A stretch of 64,000 bases of DNA from Cetorhinus maximus (Eukaryota): contig NC_135879.1 in NCBI RefSeq assembly GCF_964194155.1, positions 192,014,001-192,078,000 of the forward strand, in the 5' to 3' direction. Made by a program: the position numbers and the translations under genes. Positions 39,336 through 49,680 of the stretch are shown one piece after another. Within the stretch, counting starts at the first letter, position 1. The number at the start of each line of letters is the position of its first letter. The notes below the pieces were generated by a model, which searched no databases, had not been told where the DNA came from, and saw only the letters and a list, made by a program, of their open reading frames with translations.

Positions 39336-40018
39336 GAGGTGAATTTTTTCCCCGTCCGGCGGGCCATTTGGGAGCAGGCGCAGGCGGGCATGAAGCCAAT
39401 CACCGCCTGCGATCGGCTGCGCGCCGCCATTTTACATGGGCGGGCCAATAAAGGCCTGTGTCACGCACACCAGGAAGCACTGAGCGTTCCCTGTGCGGGC
39501 GGGGGGGAGGACGGAGAGTCGGGGCCTACGCTCTTGCATACACGGGAAAGAGCACAGAAATCTCCCTGAGGCAACACCGTGCCTCAGGGAGATTAAGTTC
39601 AGCTCAAAACATGTTTAAAATAAAGAAATAAAATTATGCAGACATGTCCCCTCATGTGACAGTGTCGCATGAGCTGGGACAAATTTATGAATTTTGAAAA
39701 AAAAATTTATTTCAATAATAAATCCTTCATGAAACCTCATTCCACCCATGGATGAGGTTCCATGAAAAATCCAAACGCCGCCTAGGCTCTTCGCCTGCCC
39801 GCCTACCTTATGGTTGGATGGGCAGCTCTGACAAGTACTTCAATTAGTTTATTAATGGCTTTAACAGGCCTTTGACAGTTCGGCAGGCGGGCAGCCGACT
39901 CCAGTGTGCACCCGCCGAACTAAAGATCGCAATGACGCACAGTCACGTCGGGACGCATGCCCGATGTCACCGCGCGTCATTTTAAGTGTCTACGAGCGGG
40001 AACAGAAGATTCTGCCCC
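39336..40018. mobile_element. CpG-rich non-autonomous Harbinger-like element (reverse orientation relative to 16825-17509)
   Basis: gaggtgaatttt ... aagattctgccc; internal catgtcccctcatgtgacagtgtc and ttcatgaaacctcat...atgaggtt palindromes are shared with 16825-17509. Confidence 0.88.
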
Positions 40019-40177
40019 CAAACAATATTCCCCCAGGGTATTTTGGACCTGATGGAGAGAATATCTGGGCCAGGATTTTACGCAGCAATAGCTGGCGCAC
40101 GCCCGACCCGAAAGAGCATAAACTCTCACGATATGATGTCGGGCAGGCCTCCTGACATCACTGTGCACTCACACAAT

Positions 40178-40754
40178 GGCCAGGATTTTCCCATCGGCAA
40201 TTTAGGGGCAGGTCCCGCTCACCGACGGGAAAATGACGTGGGATGATGATGGGAGGAACCCCCGACGTCATCCCGGTCCCTTTAAATTTTCAGGAAGGCA
40301 GGTGGACAGCGAAATCAGCGGACAGGCCAGCAGCCCCAGCGGGCTCCTGATAATACATGAAACTTCATCCACTGGTGGGATAAGGTTTCATGCCCGTTTT
40401 TAAAAAGTTTCATAAAGTTTATGTGTTTCTTATTAACATGTCCTATCTCGTGACATTGTCACATGAGGGGGACATGTTAATAATTTTAATATTTTTCTAT
40501 TTTTGGAGTTTTTGTTACCTGTCAGTAATCTCCCTGAGACAGCACTTGGTCTTTGACAGTTGGGGAATCCCTCTCCCCCTCACACAGGAAGCACATAGCG
40601 CATAGCGCTTCCCGTTGGACAGGCCACCGGGTGGGCCTTAATTGGCCCACCCACTCAAAATGGTTGTGGGCCCCGTTTCAGCGGCGGAGTTCGGCTGCCC
40701 GCCTGCCACCGAGCCGGTGGGGCCCACCCGCCCACCAAGGGCAAAATTCTGCCC
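40178..40754. mobile_element. Nested Harbinger-like element, TSD AAT
   Basis: AAT|ggccaggatttt ... aaaattctgccc|AAT; homologous to 16825-17509. Confidence 0.88.
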
Positions 40755-40765
40755 AATATCACGGT

Positions 40766-40922
40766 CATCCTTACATCCTCTTCACAATTTACTTTCCTAC
40801 CTATCTTTGTGCCATCAGCAAATTTAGCCATCATTCCTTCGGTCCTTTCATCCAAGTCATTTATATAAATTGTAAAAAGTTGAGGCCCCAGCACTGATCC
40901 CTGTGACACACCACCCATCACA
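40766..40922 (-). mobile_element. CR1 RT internal fragment
   Basis: ORF 40655-40963: GVSQGSVLGPQLFTIYINDLDERTEGMMAKFADGTKIGRKV. Confidence 0.9.
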
Positions 40923-42579
40923 AACAAGGAGCATAACATAATATGGTTGCAACTGTCACACAAAAAAATTCATAACACTGATGAATAAAAGAATGTCACC
41001 CGTGATAACTCCATCCTGTGCTTACGGTGCCTTAAGCTTATGTTTACGAGTGCTATGTCTTGGCCCAACGCTCCCCTCCACCCCCCCAACCCCCCCACCC
41101 CCCGCCAACCTACAGCCTTCAGGATGGTGCTTCAGCAGCTTTGGAACCCTCCACCTGGTCCTCATTGGACCCGGCTCCTGCCATGCCCCTATCCCTGCCA
41201 GAAGCCCTTCTCCAATGTGGGGGCGCATTTTACACTGGCCAGCCCGCATGAAATTACGTTGTTTTGACGTTCACAGGTGGAAGTGGATATCATGGTGGCT
41301 TCCAGCCCTGCTGACCTTGCACGCCTGACAAGTGTGAAATTCAGGCTCTGGAGTATTGCACGCAGCTTTAGTCTCCCTATTTAACAAAGGATATTCAATT
41401 CTTGGAGGAAGCACAGAGAAGAACTATAAAGCTGACATCAGAACTTAAAGGAATGGCATTTGTGGATCTTTTATCTCTTGAAAAGAGAAAACTGAGGGAT
41501 ATGATAGAAATGTTTAAAATTAGGAAAGGCTTTGACGAATTGGATCTAACTACGTTTTTCTGCCAAATGCAGAATTTAAGCACAAGAGGTCATACTTACA
41601 CATTAAGGCAACAAACAAAAACAGAAAATGCAGGAAGAACTTTTATTTACTGTATGTGGAACAGATTACAAATGTTGCAGCTATAAACCTTAATGGGTTA
41701 CAAGAAATATACAAGATTCCTGTCAACAAATGGGATTCAGGATTACTAGAAATACACCAGTTAAACTGTTGTTATCCTTTCCCTTTTTCTGCCTTGCATG
41801 AAACATTCGGAGAGGAGCGCTGTAGAAATGCTAATAGTTGTTTTCAGCAGTTCAAATAATAATCGTCATCAGAATTCATATATTTTATTCTTTCAGAAGC
41901 TGTTTGGTTTGATATTCATTTTTTTTTAAACAGTTGCAAACTACAATTTCTTTACATCATATAATAGCTGCCTCAAATGCATCTCATTCTATGGTCAGTA
42001 TCTTAAAGACCCAAGACACCTCACTAAGCACTGACCTAATCCTGATTTTGACCTATACAATTTGCTTTATACAATGATGAATTGCATTTAAATTATCTAT
42101 CATCTAATAATTAAATGAGTGCTATGTAGGGAAATATTTTAATATAAAGTGCTAACTTACTTACACTTCTCATTGCCCTAATTTTTACCGCTCTTTGCTG
42201 TGATTAGTAATCCTGTGCTAAGTTATAGTTGTGCAGCTTCCAGCAGATTGACATTTTCTTAGAACAAGTGCATACAGCAGACATTGCTGGTGAGTTCTTG
42301 TCAGGGAGCAGGTCTGAGAGGAATGGTAGAGTTTGACATCTTTCTCCAGTTGTCCATGCCAACTGGGACCCAGACTCATTTGTTCTGTGTACTGAAGAGG
42401 TCAGCAAACAAAATACATTTGGTTCACAAGGTGGATTGTGGCTTCATATTGGGATTCTGTAAATGAAAAAGACCATTCCCCGAAGAGAGGTGGATGGGTA
42501 ACGGAAGAGTGAGTTCAGCTCTCAAATGATTTGAAATTCTTCTGTGCAATGCTTCCAGTGATTTGGTTAACACCTTTTG

Positions 42580-42646
42580 ACAGTACATTCCTACACACTT
42601 TATTTTTAACAAAGTTCATTATGGATAAATTTGATGCAAAATAACT
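42580..42646 (+). repeat. 67-bp direct repeat, copy 1
   Basis: 65/67 identical to 43782-43848. Confidence 0.95.
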
Positions 42647-42701
42647 CAAGAATTTCAGCTCAAGATCATTAGAAGAGCAGCCAATGAGAACAAGAGTCCA
42701 A

Positions 42702-42723
42702 CAGAGAGAGAGAGAGAGAGAGA
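42702..42723 (+). repeat. (AG)n microsatellite
   Basis: cagagagagagagagagagaga. Confidence 0.9.
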
Positions 42724-43781
42724 AAAGACGCACATGATAGTACGTGACATTGCATCTACTTCACAATCTGGAATATTCTGCTTCACCCCAATAGCAACCC
42801 TCATAAGACTCCTAGACACGCTGTGGAGGCCCAGCAAAGCATGTTGTAGGAAGTGGCATGATATGGGAAGACATTTTATCCAATTTTCCTGTTAGCAAGT
42901 GAGTCATAAGACAGAGCTGGGTAACATTTAATAGTGAGAAGTTACTGCAATGGAATCTTAAATTTAAAAAATAGATTATGAAATGCCTCAGATTAATGCT
43001 GCATGATTATTCCTTAAATTAATTATTGTGAAGCAAGTGCAATAATTAATATTAAGGAACACGCTTGTAATAAAATCTTTGGCTCTGGATAGTTAACATG
43101 ATTTGCACCTTCAAAGGCAGCCCAAATCCTGATCTGCTATCAGCCAGCACATTACCCATAGTTACTCTGTCGATTTCTGTAGGCAGGAACCCTCAAGGGT
43201 AATTTGTTTTCAAAGTAAGAGAAACAGAAAAGGAGTCATTGAAAGGGATAACACAGAATATGGAGATAAGAAAGTGAAAATACTGTCACAGGAGGAAACA
43301 GAAAGTAAGATAACACAGAGGTGGAAAATTCTGGATGTGGAAAAAGGAGAGAACAGAGATAAGTAGAATGAAAATATATAAGAAAAAGCGCACAGAGATG
43401 GATAGAAGGAAGGGAACAATTCTGAGTAACAGTATACTGAATGAAAATCTATCTGGGACAGTGAAGTAAAGCACACAATTCATGTGCGAAGTGTTTGGGC
43501 TCTTGCATTTTAAACGTGGTGTCTTCCCCTTTGATGTCGAGACTGTCAAATCATTGCTTCAGTGTTTTCCCTAACTATCTGTTCAAATAGAAAAAAAGTT
43601 CCTGCACTCATATTTCTTTTACATTTGAATCTCTTTTTGCTCTACCAGGACTTGACTTCTTTGTTCTCTGCTCTACAGTTCCTTTTCTCTCTTTTAAAGT
43701 AACCTGCCAGTGTTGAACGTCTGTTGTGCACGTTTCCGACAAAACCTGAGAAATTATTTTTCTTGTGTTCTGAGACAAGAA

Positions 43782-43848
43782 ACAGTACATTCCTACACAC
43801 TCTATTTTTAACAAAGTTCATTATGGATAAGTTTGATGCAAAATAACT
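43782..43848 (+). repeat. 67-bp direct repeat, copy 2
   Basis: 65/67 identical to 42580-42646. Confidence 0.95.
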
Positions 43849-43874
43849 TGTTATCATTGCTAAGGTAGAGTACA

Positions 43875-43968
43875 ACAGGGACTACATTTCAAAGCGCTTC
43901 ATTGGCTATAAAATACTTTGGGGCTCCCTGAGGTCATGAAAGACACTACATAAATGCAACTTTCTTTT
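43875..43968 (+). mobile_element. DeuSINE-like 3' tail
   Basis: actacatttcaaagcgcttcattggctataaaatactttggg...ctgaggtcatgaaagacactacataaatgcaac. Confidence 0.6.
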
Positions 43969-44137
43969 TTCCCTGAAATGCACCTGGGATAAGATGACAA
44001 ACAGATGTCCTAAAGTATATATCTCAAAAATGATAATGCTCAGACTAGTATTCCACCATTAGTAATAGGCAAATCAGAATCAAAAGTTTGATTCCTCAAA
44101 CCATTTTTTGTTACTTTTACTTTCAAATACAAAAAGT

Positions 44138-44493
44138 GGGGAGGCAATGGTGTTGTGGTATTGTCGCTGGACTAGTAATCCAGAGACCCAGGGGAAAGCT
44201 CTGGGGACCCAGGTTCGAATCCTGCCATGACAGATGGTGGAATTTGAATTCAATAAAAATCTGAAATTAAAAGCCTAATGATGATCATGAAGCCATTGTA
44301 AAACCCATCTGGTTCACTAATGCCCTTTAGGGAAGGAAATCTGCTGTCCTTACCTGGTCTGGCCTACATGTGACTCTAGGCCCACAGCAATGTAGTTGGC
44401 TCTTAAATGTCCTCTGAACAAGGGCAATTAGGGATGGGCAACAAATGCTGGCCTAACCAGTGATGCCCATGTCCCATGAATGAATAAAAAAAA
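44138..44493 (+). mobile_element. tRNA-derived SINE (full length)
   Basis: A box tggtgttgtgg (44148-44158), B box ggttcgaatcc (44212-44222), anticodon-like arm ctgga-ctagtaa-tccag, LINE-type tail caagggcaattagggatgggc...tgaataaaaaaaa. Confidence 0.93.
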
Positions 44494-45232
44494 GGTGGAG
44501 CCATGTATTTAAGCAGTCCTTAAAGAGACCATTGGAAGCTACTCAGATAATGGCCAAAATGTTTTTAAACTCCTTCTGGGCTCTCCAAAAAGCTCTGGCC
44601 CACTCCTGACTTTATGGGGCACCACAGGTACATGGTTCCACCCTGTTCCACCCCCCAACCCCCAGCCAGGATCTGGCCAGCTTTACTTAGGACCCAACAA
44701 ATTTACTGCCCTTCCCAACTGGTGGGCTACACTGGTTTGGCACTGGCAGATCACCAGCAGCATGCCAATAAGGCTGGTGCCTCGTGGTAACAACAGGCTG
44801 GCAGACAGCATGCTTTCTCTATTGACCGTTGCTTGCCCAAAACTAAAAATGGCCCCATTCTGTATTCTCCTGGTTCTTGTTTCTCTGAGGTGCATTTATG
44901 GAGTTATGAGGACAGATAATTGACACGCTTCCAGATCTTGGCTGATACTGCGCGGCTTTGGCAACCAGAAGACAAGTAGGAGCAGCTTGGTAAGTGACTT
45001 TCCCTTTTCCCCTCCTCCCATATCTATGGTAATGTAGTGGTTTGCGTTAGGAATCACCAAAGCAACACAGCACTTACATGAAGTTGTGGACATCATGTTG
45101 TGCCACCTGGCAACCATCTTTCCGCTTTATACAGGAAGAGCACTGAGACTACATGCTTTTCAAATGCTGAAGTGCAACAGAATATAAAAATGCCTCTTTC
45201 CTTCAAATTATACATATGCTAAGGGACTGACT

Positions 45233-45888
45233 GGTTCTGAATTTTGGGAAGAATTTTTGATGGGACGCGGAGGCAGGACTGGAGTAGGTGAGCTTGCCAT
45301 TTCTTTCCACCAGCTGGCATGCTGGTCTGCTGCCAAGGTCTTACCTTCGGCCAATTTTCATTGAAGCTGGATTAGGTGGGTGATGGCTACCTGCCCACCA
45401 GTGGAGGGTATTCAATTAGGCTAGTTAAATTGTTGATTGAGGGCACCTTTCAGAAGCCATCTAAGGCTGAATTGAGATGGCTTCAGGCAGCAGGCCAAAT
45501 GGCCATAAATGCCTCATTGAGATTAACAACTCCCCTCCGCCTCCATAATGCGGATCTGGAAACTGCGGCCACTTTTCTTTTTAATCTTTGAAAAATTATT
45601 GAGAGCACACCTCCATCTTGAGGCACCCTCTTGTTTCCCTACCAATGTCAGAAGTTCCCACTTCTGATGCTGGGGCTGCTGATCTTTCAGTGCTGATGGC
45701 CTCTCATTGGCTTTCCAGCCTTGGGGGTCTGCCCTCTGTCCTTAATTTGATAGGGCTCATGTAAGCGGCCACTTAATTGACTGCCTCCTTGAAAATCGAC
45801 TTCTGCATCCCATGCCTGCGGTTTCAGGTTCCCAACCCACATTTTCTCCCGATGTCGGAACTGGGACCTTGGAACGAAAATTCAGCCC
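45233..45888. mobile_element. Non-autonomous Harbinger-like element
   Basis: ACT|ggttctgaatttt ... aaaattcagccc|ATT. Confidence 0.65.
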
Positions 45889-46548
45889 ATTGTTTCAGGA
45901 ATTACTGATGCATTTTAGACTTGAGAAGAAAAGAGTGTGATAGGATAACTATCACAGAAAAACAGTAATGAGCATCAGTGTGGAAGAAATGACGGCAACT
46001 ATTTCTATTCTGCATGTCACTCTGTTTCACGGTTTGTGCAGGGAAAATTTCATACTCTATAAGACCAGCTTTGTTGAAGCTAATAAACTGTCAGGTGCTG
46101 AACACAGGAAAGTAGAACTAAACAATTGAATAAAACAATCTAACTTTAACATTCTCTGAATAATTTGCAAGGATTCCCACTCAGAACTTGCTTTTTTTTT
46201 TAAAACTGAGACATCCGTTAAAAATAAATTTGTGCTCTTGCCAGTTCAACATGAGCATAAAACCATATTAGTAAGGATGCACAGGGCATGGTTTGAGGAA
46301 TCATCCTTCTGGTACTGAGGCTAAATTGTCAGGGCAGAAACTCACATTCTGGTGAAGCTCCTCTGACATTTTACATAATCTGCCAAAATCTTACTTTGAA
46401 GAAATCATTATTTCTCATGTTAGGGCACCGTCACTGTACTCATTCTTTCTCAGGATTTGTGGGATCCTTTACCTCTCTCAATATTCCTTTTCTCCTACAA
46501 CCTGTAGGTAAATTCCAAGTTTAGTGTCACCTAAGAACCAACTAAGAA

Positions 46549-46590
46549 CTATATATATGATATATATATATGAAATATATATGTATTATA
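46549..46590. repeat. Imperfect (TA)n microsatellite
   Basis: ctatatatatgatatatatatatgaaatatatatgtattata. Confidence 0.85.
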
Positions 46591-47214
46591 GGGAGAGATT
46601 CTAATTTTTAATTTTCCAATTTTATCATGTCAGCTAGCAATCCTTTTTTTTTCAAAGCTTTTTTGTCATTTACTTTCCCAGACAGTAACTAACCCAACAA
46701 TTTGGCTTTTGACTGCTGAATAGTGTGTTCATCACCTTTACATTGTAATCATCCTCATCACTTCCTAGTGTAAGGACTCTCTTATCCAGCTAATTTTCAG
46801 CATATGTTGATATGGCTACAACTCAAACACCTCCAGCCCTTTACTTCAGTGTTGAAAGTTCAGCATTCAATTATCACATTTGTACAATGTTGTTAACCAC
46901 ATATAATATTCATGTATTTCACTTCTCACCAGCTTCATTTTATGGCTGTATATCCCTTCATATTGTTAAATGCATCCCTTTCTAATGATAATCACATGTT
47001 TAACTTATAGACTACCCAAGTGAACAGTTTCCCAAATATCCAAGTTGTTTATTCCAAGATTAATTTATGGGAGGTCTTTTATGTTGTGTGGTGTCTCCTA
47101 AGAAATTGATTGATAACAACCAAAATTTTTTCATGCAGGTCTCTTACAATCAGCAAATAAAAGCTTTCATAGCGATATCAGTGCTGAAAAAGCACATATT
47201 TAAATCAGAGCTAG

Positions 47215-47430
47215 GCATTTAATAGTGCAGTCACAACAAGGGGAACATCTGGAACTTGCCACCTCAAAAGGCTGTGGATTCTGGGCCAAATTGAAATTTT
47301 CAAGTTTGAGATCGATATTTTTTATTAGGTAAAGATATGCACAAATATGGAGTTGAGGTACAGATCAGGCATCATTTAGTTGAATGGCAGAACAAGCTTG
47401 AGTGGCTAAATGACATTATCCTGTCACGTG
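47215..47430 (+). mobile_element. CR1 3' fragment
   Basis: tctggaacttgccacctcaaaaggctgtgga...ggagttgaggtacagatcag...gaatggcagaacaagcttgag. Confidence 0.75.
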
Positions 47431-47489
47431 TTTTCCATGCTTTGCAGCTTTCAAACATGTATCATCTTATGCTTAAGAGGGCTTGATAG

Positions 47490-47900
47490 CAACAACACCT
47501 TGTATTTATACAGCACTATTTACATAATAAAATGTCCCATGATGTTTCTCAGAAATGTTATGAATAAAAATATTACACCCAGTTACATGAGGAGACATTA
47601 GAATAAATGACCAAATGTTTGGTGAAGGGAGGTGGTTTTAAGGAGCGTGTTAACTGAGGAAAGAGAGGTAGAGGAGTGCAAAGGTATAAGGAGGGAATTT
47701 CAGAGCTTTGGGCCTAGGTACCTGAAGGCACAGTCAACAATGGTGCAGCGATTAAAATCAGGGATGCTCAAGGGGCCAGATTTAGAGCAGCATAGATATC
47801 ATGGAGGGCCAGAGGTGATAACAGAGATAGGGAGGCGTGAAACCATGGAGGGGTGAGAATTTTAAAATCAAGGCATTGCTTAACTGGGAGTCAATTCACA
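47490..47900 (-). mobile_element. L2-like LINE 3' end (an opposite-orientation L2 tail lies at ~48040-48257)
   Basis: aacaacaccttgtatttatacagcac tail, then gaccaaatgtttggtgaagggaggtggttttaaggagc...gagggaatttcagagc. Confidence 0.7.
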
Positions 47901-48724
47901 CCTGATGGAGCAGGAACTAATCTGTGACAAACCTGAATATATTTTAACGATTTAAAGATGGTGCAGTAGACTTCTTTAATTTTCTGTTTTAAGTTTTCTT
48001 AACGTTGTCCTGCATCAACTGCAGCACCAGTAGTGAAACACTTTTTCCCTTAGAAACTCTCATCCAAAATCACTTTCTCTTGCTACCTTACTCTTTCTGC
48101 ATTTAAAATAAATTTCTTTAAGATCCCATCGCTTTGATTATGTCTTTAGTCTCCTGATTTTGCTAACTGCTTGGTGTCAGCCATCTCCTCTTTTTAAGTG
48201 CCGTTAGGCATTCTTTTAAGAAAAAAATGCTTCATAAGTGAAAGTTTTTGTTGTTGTAGGTGGTCCTATTACCAATTCTGAATTGCCCATTTAGATTCAA
48301 AATAGTGCACAAGAGACAGACATTACAAAGTTCCACAAATAGTTGAATGAAAATATCTTGCAGTCACAGTCCTCCCATATTGAAAACCCCTCAAGGGCTG
48401 CAATTAATAGAATGGAGTCAGAACTCTTTAGAAATTCAGTCCCATTTTGTATTACTATTCCGGCAGTCTGAAGTATTGGCTTAACTCTCAAAGGGTTATG
48501 CTCCTTTTGTAATATGTTATGACCAGTTACTTTGCTGCACCATGTTACACATATCTCATTATTCTACTTTCCTGTTCTGTAGGTACAGATGCTTTTGTAT
48601 TTTACCTGATGTTTTTCTGCCCTTTAATCTGCCTACTCTTTCTTCTCTTCCATTGTAGCTGACATCTAGTTACGGAAGGAAAAGCTTAATGACACCCTGC
48701 TGTTGATCAAAGGATTTTGATTGC

Positions 48725-49139
48725 GTTGTGACCACAATATGGTGACTTTTATGATTAGGCTCAAGAAAGAGAAGTGGGTGAGTACAAAAGGAGCCTTCTA
48801 CTTTGGAAAGTTAGATTTTGGGGAGTAATCTCAGGAACTGGGCTGTTCAAAGAGAAACACATCACGAATCATGCTTAGAAATATTATACATGATTACAGA
48901 ATAGACACATACCATAAGGGAAGAAGGGCAAGATCTGAGCAATAACAACTGTAATACAGAACATGGAAAAAAAAACAATTCATCCCATAGCATAAAGATA
49001 AGGGTAGCATGATGAACCAAGACAAAAATAAAATAAAATTAAGGGATGTTAACAAACTGGTTAGGACAGATAAACTATAATATTAGGCTGGGATAGCAGG
49101 GACCATTAAAATAAATGTCACACATTCTAGAAATACATT
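48725..49139 (+). mobile_element. Old CR1 ORF2 fragment (end of endonuclease/tether), resuming at ~53679-53860
   Basis: Reads CDHNMVTFMIRLKKEK...FGKLDF (CR1 SDHN..F motif); after the insertion it reads ALN*FFFTVCME (CR1 LNEYFASVF-like). Confidence 0.55.
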
Positions 49140-49680
49140 GGTTCGAATTTTCACCTTTGAGGCTGGGCCATTTTCCACCTCCCAAGTGGCAGTGCCTACC
49201 CACACGATTTTCATGGTGGAGTGACAGGGGTGAGGTGGAATTGGAGCTGCTGCCTCCCGAAGCAGGCCTGAGGCAGGTGGGCAGATGCTGAGGTGGGCAG
49301 GTTAGATTCCATTCACTGGGATATTGGCCCAGTTGTGCACATGAATGTTAGGCACCCTATCCCTCACCACTCAACCCACCTCTCTGCCACTCGTTCCGCA
49401 CACACTTACATATACCTGATGCCCCCCTCCATAGCCCCCATTTTCTCCACATGCCCCCAATGCCCACTCACCCTGTATCCACTACAGACAGAACTCATTA
49501 GTCCTATAATAACATTGCAAAGTCTTTGAGGTCTTATGACAAACTCAAAATAAACATCCATTCAAAAACCTCTTCCAAAAACCTTAATCCTATTAACTGC
49601 TCATAAAACTGTCAATCAAAAATGCAGCTCATTGTCCCCTTGTCAGCTATGTCAACAACCCTTGCCCCTTGCTGAGCTGA

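Larger units (their letters stand above)
40067..41346. mobile_element. Harbinger-like element, TSD TCT, containing a nested element and a CR1 piece
   Basis: TCT|gggccaggatttt ... gaaattcaggc|TCT; the empty site restores CR1 atctggagtattg. Confidence 0.75.
38690..41750 (+). mobile_element. Old CR1 RT fragment interrupted by nested Harbinger-like elements
   Basis: catggtttt...ccatgctgaactaattta (HGF..SCLTNL-like); ISKFEHNTKLGG; rejoined atctggagtattgc (LEYC); ORF 41402-41686 EEAQRR...LEKRKLRDMIEMFKI...STRGH. Confidence 0.85.

Noticed and set aside
44138-44225. Functional tRNA gene
   Set aside because: No proper acceptor stem, and it continues into a SINE body and LINE tail present in several copies.
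45078-45166. Minus-strand exon candidate (ttgcacttcag ... cat|gtaagt)
   Set aside because: All frames from the acceptor contain stops; it could only be UTR or non-coding and has no further support.
48659-48777. Plus-strand exon with strong acceptor and gtgagt donor
   Set aside because: Stops in all three frames, and the 3' half is decayed CR1 endonuclease sequence (DHNMVTF).
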